Source: Gammaproteobacteria bacterium (GTDB taxonomy: Bacteria; Pseudomonadota; Gammaproteobacteria; JAJDYQ01). From it: a stretch of 64,000 bases of DNA. The stretch is taken from assembly GCA_028289815.1 (NCBI GenBank), contig JAPYNQ010000081.1, forward strand, positions 24,577 through 88,576, given 5' to 3'. Both the position numbers and the translations under genes were made by a program. Positions 50,381 to 58,400 of this stretch are shown one piece after another (the stretch's first letter is position 1; each line of letters opens with the position of its first letter). Below the pieces are notes generated by a model. That model worked only from the letters and a program-made list of their open reading frames with translations. It had not been told where the DNA came from and ran no database searches.

Positions 50381-50665
50381 TGTGGAGTCTTTCCTGAAGT
50401 CTGGAATCTGTTTTTCGATTTGTTCCGAATGAAAATCCGCTCTGGGAAGCTGTAGGAAATATCCCTCGGATTCCAGTTTAGCGATTACCAGTTTGGCATC
50501 GTGTTGTGCCAGTTTGCGGTCCGCTGTCAGGTTAAATGACATACTGAATTCCGGTGTGCCGAATACCCGTAATACGGTTTCCGGTAAATTCTCGAAATCA
50601 TCCTTCTTTGTCGTATAAAGATAGGTATCAGGCTTGCGGCTACTGCGATAAACGTAGCAAATCAT
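50336..50665 (-). CDS. YcgL-domain protein
   Basis: 109-aa ORF. MICYVYRSSRKPDTYLYTTKKDDFENLPETVLRVFG is the hallmark YcgL N-terminus. Its 3' end overlaps the convergent pgpA by 45 nt. Confidence 0.75.
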   Translation of the reverse strand: MICYVYRSSRKPDTYLYTTKKDDFENLPETVLRVFGTPEFSMSFNLTADRKLAQHDAKLVIAKLESEGYFLQLPRADFHSEQIEKQIPDFRKDSTLTGESSGRQPDIDQ

Positions 50666-51369
50666 GGGGCCAGCTTACCGATCCACTGATCATAGATCTG
50701 GTCAGCCAAATGATGCAGTTGAGCAATATGCCTAGCAGTACCCTCCAGTATTTTGTCGCGGGGCTGCACCGTATCGTTCGGAGCTGTCAGCTCGCTTTCA
50801 TAGAGTGTACTCCATTCATGCACCATAGCGTCTGTCATTTCAATATGACATTGAAAGGCATAAACATTTTCATTGTACATGAAAGCCTGATTTTTACAGT
50901 GAGCGCTGGATAACAGCCGTGTGGCACCTGCGGGTAGCTCAAAGGTTTCACCGTGCCAGTGAAACACAGCCTGGGGCTGGTGGAAATTTTGCAGCCATGT
51001 CGGTTGGTTCATTTCTTCAAGGTGCTGTACATCCAGCCAGCCAATTTCTCTTACCGGGTTTTTGCTGACCTTTGCTTTCAATGCCTTGGCAATGAGCTGT
51101 CCGCCCAAGCAGTGACCAAGAACCGGCAGATTTTGATTGATGGCCTGCCTGAGATATCGGACTTCCCGGGCTATCCACGTATCACTGTCATTCACGCTCA
51201 TGGGGCCGCCCATGCTGATTGCCCCGCTGGTATTTCGCGGTGTGTCGGGGATAGTATCCCCCCGGTCGATGGCAATCAGATGCGTGGGGACATCACGACG
51301 CCGAAGAACTGTGTCCAGATATCCCGGCCCTTCGCACTCAATATGCCTGAAAATTGTTACAGGTTTCAT
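50662..51369 (-). CDS. Class I glutamine amidotransferase-like protein
   Basis: 235-aa ORF with the nucleophile elbow LPVLGHCLGGQLIA and a C-terminal H..E-containing segment (FQCHIEMT). Confidence 0.85.
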   Translation of the reverse strand: MKPVTIFRHIECEGPGYLDTVLRRRDVPTHLIAIDRGDTIPDTPRNTSGAISMGGPMSVNDSDTWIAREVRYLRQAINQNLPVLGHCLGGQLIAKALKAKVSKNPVREIGWLDVQHLEEMNQPTWLQNFHQPQAVFHWHGETFELPAGATRLLSSAHCKNQAFMYNENVYAFQCHIEMTDAMVHEWSTLYESELTAPNDTVQPRDKILEGTARHIAQLHHLADQIYDQWIGKLAP

Positions 51370-51430
51370 GATTGATCCGGGAACTGCTGCTAGTATATAT
51401 GGTAATGCCGATGATTATCTCTGTCTGTCC

Positions 51431-52087
51431 ATGAAAATCAAACATCTTCTCTTAATGATACTTTTACTGATGTCGGTCGCTACTTCCTCCGGTGTATATG
51501 CACAGGATGAGCCGCGAGTACAGGCAGTTGCCCTATTTAGCGGCAAGGCCATGCTCAGGATAAATGATCGCCAGCACATGCTGGAGGCCGGAGGGCCAGC
51601 CATAGAGGATGTCCATCTGCTGCATGCTTCCTCTGACAGGGCAATTATCGAAATTAACGGTGTGAAAAAAACCCTGATCCTTGGTTCTGATATCAGTACG
51701 CAATTGACCAAGCCGGAGAAAAAAGTTGTCAGAATACCGAACCGCGGAGGCATGTATTTTGCCGCCGGGCAAATTAACGGTCGAAGTGTGGATTTTCTGG
51801 TGGATACAGGTGCTACACTCGTGGCAATGAGCCGACCAACGGCTGACCGTCTGCAGATTCAATACGTAGAGCGAGGAGTCCCGACTACGGTACAGACGGC
51901 ATCCGGACTGGAAAATGCCTGGAGAGTCATGCTCGAGTCTGTCACCGTTGGTGGCATTACCATACCGAGTGTCCGGGGGGTTGTGATTAATACGAACCAT
52001 GACCAAGATATATTGTTGGGGATGTCATTTTTGAATAGATTGAAATTTTTCCAAGAACAAGGCATGGTTGTGCTTGAATGTTGTTAA
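51431..52087 (+). CDS. Secreted retropepsin-like (clan AA) aspartic protease, TIGR02281-like
   Basis: Signal peptide MKIKHLLLMILLLMSVATSSGVYA and the catalytic FLVDTGATLVAMS motif. The long N-terminal extension in the ORF track (from 51137) overlaps the opposite-strand amidotransferase gene, so I rejected it. Confidence 0.75.
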   Translation: MKIKHLLLMILLLMSVATSSGVYAQDEPRVQAVALFSGKAMLRINDRQHMLEAGGPAIEDVHLLHASSDRAIIEINGVKKTLILGSDISTQLTKPEKKVVRIPNRGGMYFAAGQINGRSVDFLVDTGATLVAMSRPTADRLQIQYVERGVPTTVQTASGLENAWRVMLESVTVGGITIPSVRGVVINTNHDQDILLGMSFLNRLKFFQEQGMVVLECC

Positions 52088-52220
52088 GTTCAATTTGAGC
52101 CTGTATCCGTATTGGTTCCGGTTGATGCGGACGAAAGTGGCAGGTTGCCCTCTGTAGACCGGAAAAACGGGTCTCCGGCTGTGCTTTTATACAGGCCACC
52201 CTAATATAGGAAGTTATTTT

Positions 52221-52661
52221 ATGGACAAGCTTATAATGTCAGCTCTGTTGCTCATATTTGCCGGTGGCGCATACGCACAGTGGAATTTTGGGCAGGGTAT
52301 TTACAGGTGGGTGGATAGCGCCGGAGAAGTGCATTATTCACGATATCCTCCGGCCCACATTACCGATTACGAAGAAATAGAGCAGACTTGGCCGGTGGTA
52401 TCCGCACCCGCCGGCGATCCACAGAACAGCAATAAGCAGGCTGATACAGGTGATAATCGACAGGCGGTATCCGGTTCGGATGTGGAGGCCGCAATCAGGC
52501 AGAACTGCCTCACTGCGAGGCAAAATAAAGCGTTGTTGGAGAACCAGGCCATCAGCATAACATTTACAAATGAGGCCGGAGAAACATCTGATATGGACGA
52601 AGAGCAACGCCGCAAACAATTATCCGAAGCGGAAGGTCATATCAAGCAGTATTGCCAATAA
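52221..52661 (+). CDS. DUF4124-domain secreted protein
   Basis: Signal peptide followed by IYRWVDSAGEVHYSRYPP, the DUF4124 signature. Confidence 0.7.
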   Translation: MDKLIMSALLLIFAGGAYAQWNFGQGIYRWVDSAGEVHYSRYPPAHITDYEEIEQTWPVVSAPAGDPQNSNKQADTGDNRQAVSGSDVEAAIRQNCLTARQNKALLENQAISITFTNEAGETSDMDEEQRRKQLSEAEGHIKQYCQ

Positions 52662-52889
52662 CGACTATTGGCCACCTTCCTGCTGTCGCTACACATAGAG
52701 ACCGTTAAAAAATCACCGTGTGGCTATATGCTGCTCCAGAGCGTATACCAAGGGCGTCAAGATTCCTTGTAGAGGATTCCACGCCCTAGGGAAGTTGCTG
52801 GCGTGGACAGCCGTTTATCGGGAAAAATGCCTGCTTGATACCTTAACAGGCTAGGTCCGGGACCGTTTTATGCTAAAGAATTTAGTGTT

Positions 52890-53378
52890 ATGAAAGGTTA
52901 TTTGCATTCGGGATTTACGATTGTGGAGTTGATGATCGGCATTGCGGTACTGGCGATTCTCATGAGTTTTGCCGCACCGTCATACCAGGCGTTCATCAAA
53001 AATAACTGCATGACCACCATCTCTGCATCACTGGTAGCGGCTTTCCAAGTGGCGCGTTCCGAGGCAGTCAAGCGCCGGGAAGGCGTCAGCATTCGCGCAA
53101 GCAGCGGGTCATGGAATAATGGCTGGGAAGTGTCTCACAGTAATGTGGTGCTGCGGAGATTTTCCAAGGGCAGTTGTGACCTGACCACAATAACCGAGGC
53201 AAACATGGATACGGAGTTTATTTACGATCCGACCGGATTCATTGATGCCCGCGCTACCCTTACCATATGTGATGATCGTGACAATAATAATGCCGTTAGC
53301 CCAGGTCGTCAGGTGTCCGTATCTGTCACAGGTCGTCCGCATACCCAATCCAGATATACCGGTGGTGCCTGCACATGA
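52890..53378 (+). CDS. fimU: Type IV pilus minor pilin, GspH/FimT/FimU family
   Basis: Prepilin N-terminus GFTIVELMIGIAVLAILMSFAAPSY. First gene of a fimU-pilVWXY1E-like cluster. Confidence 0.8.
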   Translation: MKGYLHSGFTIVELMIGIAVLAILMSFAAPSYQAFIKNNCMTTISASLVAAFQVARSEAVKRREGVSIRASSGSWNNGWEVSHSNVVLRRFSKGSCDLTTITEANMDTEFIYDPTGFIDARATLTICDDRDNNNAVSPGRQVSVSVTGRPHTQSRYTGGACT

Positions 53379-53851
53379 AACAAAACCTTCCTGATGGTTC
53401 GGCGCGTGGAGTAGCCTTGGGTTTCACCCTGATTGAGATACTGGTGACGATGCTGGTTCTCGCTGTCGGTCTACTCGGCATTGCCGCTTTACAGCTTAAG
53501 GGACTACAGTTTAATCACGATGCCCATTTGCGCAGCCAGATCAGTATCCTAGCCTATAATATTGCCGACAGGATGCGCCTGAGCGAACGTGCCCAGGACG
53601 GCTTGGCGGCAGCATATGTTAATAATTACACCGTTGCCACTAACAGACCCACCTGTATGCTGACGACATTCCCTACGGATACCAGCTCGGCACAAGCTGA
53701 TCTGGCTTGTTGGCAACAGGAAGTCTATGATGCCCTGCCGCAACGCAGTACGGCTAATATCTCCGCCGGTACCGACACATACACAGTGACGCTTGGCTGG
53801 ACCGACCGCGGTGGAGAAACCCACAACATAACCTATACTTTTGTCTTGTGA
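53375..53851 (+). CDS. pilV: Type IV pilus minor pilin PilV
   Basis: GFTLIEILVTMLVLAVGLLGIAALQ is the typical PilV N-terminus. The start overlaps the fimU stop. Confidence 0.85.
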   Translation: MKQNLPDGSARGVALGFTLIEILVTMLVLAVGLLGIAALQLKGLQFNHDAHLRSQISILAYNIADRMRLSERAQDGLAAAYVNNYTVATNRPTCMLTTFPTDTSSAQADLACWQQEVYDALPQRSTANISAGTDTYTVTLGWTDRGGETHNITYTFVL

Positions 53852-54879
53852 GCAGCCGCATGTATTCCGGATTCAATGGTAGTCAGCGTGGCTTTACGAT
53901 TGTCGAAATCATGGTTGCCATGCTGCTTGGCCTCATCCTGATGGCGGGTGTAGTTTCTCTCATGGTGGGTAACAAGCGCTCATTCAATGAACAGACCGAG
54001 ATGAGCCGATTACAGGAAAATGCCCGGTTTGCCATGCAGTTTTTGAGCAGCAGTATTCGCATGGCCGGTTACGCAGGTTGCCCCGGTGATATGGCGGTGG
54101 TTGCCAGTCATCTCGATATAAATGATAAAAACCTGTTGAATATGGTTATCCCGATTGACGGGTACGACGCGAACTCAATTTCCGGGCGGTGGGAGGCGTC
54201 GGGTAGCGCAGAGGCGGTAAGTGATATGGTTGCAGGTAATGATGCCGTCGCTGTCCGGTTTTTCACCCCCCCGAGCCATGATCTTCAGAGTGCCATGTCA
54301 TTGGTTTCCGATAACCTCGTTGCGACCAGCGCGGACGGCATTGCCGAGAGGCAGATTCTTGCGGTGAGTGATTGCAAGAGTGCTGATATATTCCAGGTAA
54401 CAGGGCTTACAGGTACCGCTACCATAAGCCATTCAACTGCTGCTACAACATCAGGAGGTGATGTCTTGGTGCCGGGTAATGGTGTGGCAGACTTGGCTAG
54501 GCTGTATGATGTGGGGGCGAAGCTTCACCATCTTTATGCCGCCCGTTACTATATCCGGAACAATACTCAGGGTATCCCCGCACTTTATCGCCTCATCCAT
54601 GCCGATGGTGTTTATACCTCGCAGGAGTTGGTTGCCGGTGTAGAAAATATGCAGATCATGTATGGCGATGGCAGTTCGTTTGTTCCTGCCAATAATGTGA
54701 GTGATTGGGAGAAAGTCAATAGCGTCAAGGTCGGGTTGCTGGTGCGTACCGAGGATGAAATGGGCATAGATATCGACAACAGAACATACAATGTGCTCGA
54801 CCAAGCGATTACGGCAGCGGGCGACCGCTACCGCCGCAAGGTCTTTACGACGACGATAGAGCTGCGGAATCGGATCTGA
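53848..54879 (+). CDS. pilW: Type IV pilus assembly protein PilW
   Basis: Prepilin-like GFTIVEIMVAMLLGLILMAGV followed by ..EQTEMSRLQENARFAMQFL. Size and position are typical of PilW. Confidence 0.85.
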   Translation: MSSRMYSGFNGSQRGFTIVEIMVAMLLGLILMAGVVSLMVGNKRSFNEQTEMSRLQENARFAMQFLSSSIRMAGYAGCPGDMAVVASHLDINDKNLLNMVIPIDGYDANSISGRWEASGSAEAVSDMVAGNDAVAVRFFTPPSHDLQSAMSLVSDNLVATSADGIAERQILAVSDCKSADIFQVTGLTGTATISHSTAATTSGGDVLVPGNGVADLARLYDVGAKLHHLYAARYYIRNNTQGIPALYRLIHADGVYTSQELVAGVENMQIMYGDGSSFVPANNVSDWEKVNSVKVGLLVRTEDEMGIDIDNRTYNVLDQAITAAGDRYRRKVFTTTIELRNRI

Positions 54880-54888
54880 CCTTCTTAA

Positions 54889-55353
54889 ATGAAACGATAT
54901 ATCAACATGGCAGGTAATCAGCGTGGTGCGGTGCTGGTAACCGCCCTGGTTTTTCTGGTGATATTGACGCTGCTCGGGATCACATCCATGAGCACCAATA
55001 CCCTTGAAGAGCGTATGGCAGGCAACTTCCAGGATGCGAACAGGGCGTTTCAGGCGGCAGAGTCCGGTCTGAGTGCGGCATTCAATAGTGATGTGGCTTT
55101 TGCCGGTACCACGGAGGGCTATTATGCCGAGCAGGAAGAACTGAATCTGGGAGACTACGGCGCAGACTGGAGATTTGAGGTGAATTTCAGGGGCGGTGAG
55201 GATATCGTCGGATTTCAGGATATTGGTGAGGCTACTGCTGCCGGTGGCGGTAGCCGGTTCCGTTGGTATTATTCGGATATTCAAAGCGACGGTTCGACCG
55301 AAATCGGCGCAATAGCCCGGATTGTAGCCGGGGCAAAGGTGCTCGGACAATGA
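54889..55353 (+). CDS. pilX: Type IV pilus minor pilin PilX
   Basis: QRGAVLVTALVFLVILTLLGITSMSTNTLEERMAGN is the typical PilX N-terminal domain. Confidence 0.8.
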   Translation: MKRYINMAGNQRGAVLVTALVFLVILTLLGITSMSTNTLEERMAGNFQDANRAFQAAESGLSAAFNSDVAFAGTTEGYYAEQEELNLGDYGADWRFEVNFRGGEDIVGFQDIGEATAAGGGSRFRWYYSDIQSDGSTEIGAIARIVAGAKVLGQ

Positions 55354-55423
55354 TTATGCGATTCGTGATGATTACCTCGGAGATGATGCCGGGCAACGGT
55401 GGGCAGATGGCAGAGGCAGGCAA

Positions 55424-58400
55424 GTGAATATTCAGAGCAGAGTTTTTGTACAGTTTCTATCAGGCATTTTGACATTCTGGATGCCGGCTGTTTTTACATT
55501 TCTGGTTGCTGACGATACGGAGATCTACTTTTCTGGTACGGGCACGGCAGGTGACAAGCCGAAGGTCCTGTTTGTGCTGGATACCTCGGACAGTATGGCA
55601 TATAAGGTGCCGAGGGATGAAGATGGTGATGGTAATCTGGATGATGATGGCAATGGAGATATTATTGATCCAACCGATCCGAGTCGTATTGAAGTTCTTG
55701 GTAATGCGATGGAAAACCTGCTGACGAGTCTGGACAATGTGCGGGTCGGCATCATGCGTATGAATGGGGCACAGGAACCCTCATCCGGAGGGACATCGCT
55801 CGCCTGCGGCCTTCCGATGCAGCGTGCTGCCAATGGCGAGACTTATGATAGACGTATGCGTGATACTAGTCATCAGGGCAATACCGGCAGGACATCGGCC
55901 AATTCCCGTAATGCCTGTTATATCCCGACGGGGGGCACAGTGTTGTTTCCGGTGGCGGACCTGGATGAGAGCGTGGCTGGCATGTCCGGTGGGACTCCGA
56001 CGGTGTCCTCCATTTTGGTGCCGATCTCTGAAAGCAATGATGATGTTGCGCATATTCCCGGCGAGAATATTCAATTTAACAATCGTTTACTGCAAATCGC
56101 CCATCAGCAGTGCGGTGCCGGCACAGCATCTTATCAATCAGAGGTATTGACAATTGCTGATGATGCGGATGATGTCGGGCAGCGACCCGGGCAATCGCTA
56201 CTGGAAGAGGTGGATGTTGGTGGTATTGGTGAGCTCTTTACCGGTTTTCGTTTTCAGAATCTCAGCCAGATTCCGATAGGTGCCTATATTGAAGAAGCCT
56301 ATATGGTATTCCTTTCGGAGGGCGCGCAAACCGATGCGGTGAGCGTCACCATATATGGTGATATCAGCAACAATCATAATCCACCGCCGTATACTCCTGC
56401 GAACGGCCCTCAAAATCGCATTAACGGCAATCCGAATAATTTGGCATCGGCCCGGGTAAACTGGTCGGATATCGTTTCGGTAGCAGATAACGTGGGGTTT
56501 CGGTCACCGGACATCACGCCCATTATCCAAGAGATTGTCCGTTCCGGTAACTGGACACCGTCACGCCCTATATCCCTCTTGATGGATATTGATAGTGGGG
56601 GCGGCAACCGAAATATTGCTGATCGGCCTTCTGGTGGTCCCCCTCTGGGGGCTGCTCAACTGATTGTCAGTTATTGTGTGCCTGGGTCGCCGGAGGATGC
56701 GGATATCGGATTGCGTTTTCAGAATGTTCGTATTCCGCAGGGTGCGACCATTACCGATGCGGATATTGTATTTACTGCCGGCAATCAACCGACAAATCCG
56801 GGTTTCGGTAATTTGCGGATATGGGTCGATGTCAACGGCAATGCCGATCCTTTTAGTGCCGCCGTACCACCGGGGCATGTAAGCCGGGGTCTTGCGATTT
56901 CTGCGCAGTGGCCCATGCCAAATCTGGTTGGCGATAGATACATCACCCCTTCATTGACTTCATTGGTACAAGCCGTGGTGAACAATCCCGGTGACTGGTG
57001 TGGCGGCAACGACATGGCGTTTGTCATCACCGGTGATGCCGGTAGCGATCTGGTCCGGGTAGTCAGCAGCTATGACGATGACCCTGCCCGAGCGCCGGTA
57101 CTAAGAGTGACGTATGATACCAGTGGGATCAGTGGTAGTGATACCGGGTGTAACAAGGTTGATTACAATATCCCGGTGGGCAGTCGTTTTCATGATGCCG
57201 AGCAACGCCAGAATAACAGTGTTCTAGTGTCATCAGGGACATTTAACCTCGGGAATGCGAGTGAGTACGGACTCATCTTTTCGCTGCCGGTTGAACAGGG
57301 TATTACGGTGGACGAGGCACTTTTGCAATTCACGGTGAATCAGGTGAACAACAATGGTCCGGCCGATTTCTTTGTGAATGCCCAGAATACTGGTAATGCC
57401 CCGGACTTTTCAACCATGTCCGATGATATTGGCAGTGGTCGCCCCCGAGTGAGAGGGGGCAACGGTGATAATGTTGAAGAAGTTCCGCGCCGCACATCAG
57501 TTGTTGTTGATGATGAGTTTACGTTGGATGTAACTTCTCTGGTCCAAGATGTTATCTATCGTTCAGACTGGACCCGGGATAACCAGGTTGCCCTGTTTGT
57601 CAGAGGTGATAATGGGATTCGACGCCGGGTTCATTCCTATGATGGTGATGCGGTCAAGGCACCCCGCCTGCTACTGAGGGTAGAAGAGGAGCAAAGTACG
57701 CTTAGCACTACCACGGTGCGCCGCCGCTTGCTGGAGATCAATGACTCAATTGATATCAGCAGTCTGCTGGTATGGACTCCGAGTGTGGAAACCTTGTATG
57801 AGTCGGCACTGTACTGGCGAGGCAAGGGGGTTCATTTTGGCAGACAGCGGGGTGCGGCCAGATTGGGTACGCTGACGGTCCCGCTGCATAACGGTTCAAT
57901 GGAGATCATTGATTATACCGACAGCATGCACAAGACCGTTACAAGCCATCCGGATTCCTGGACCGGTGGTACCTATGATGGTGGAGTTGGCGGCACAAAC
58001 TGTCAATTCTCTAATGCCCCGAACTGCGCACAGGATCAGATCACCGGTAATCCGGTCTATACCTCGCCGATCAGCGTGGATGAGTGTGCCTCCAACTACA
58101 CCATCTTCCTGACGGATGGTGCACCAACCCTGACCAACCAGGACACCGAAGATCGGATCATTGCCGAGTTTCCTGAAATCAGTGCCTGTGAAGCCAATGA
58201 TCCGAGCATCAATGCGCAAGATCAAAACGGACGCTGTGCCGTCGAGATGGCCCGCGCCATGGCGAATAACGACCAGGACGGCGATGCCACCAATGGCGAG
58301 CAGACCGTTAGAACCTATACGGTGGCTTTTAACCTTCAGGATAATGATGCCACGAACTGGTTGGCCCAGATCGCCAATGCGGGTGGCGGGCAGTTTTACA

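Noticed and set aside
51137-51430. N-terminal 98-aa extension of the aspartic protease ORF in the track
   Set aside because: The extension overlaps the opposite-strand amidotransferase gene and is R/S/P-rich. A clean signal peptide with an ATG begins at 51431.
52720-52790. Apparent palindrome GGCGTCAAGATTCC...GGATTCCACGCC upstream of fimU
   Set aside because: On checking, the GATTCC elements are direct rather than inverted repeats, and only 5 bp (GGCGT/ACGCC) can pair. Not a convincing operator or hairpin.
54451-55350. 299-aa minus-strand ORF antisense to pilW/pilX
   Set aside because: It lies entirely inside well-supported plus-strand minor-pilin genes. Its composition is odd (C/H/R/T-rich) and it has no motifs. 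A shadow ORF.
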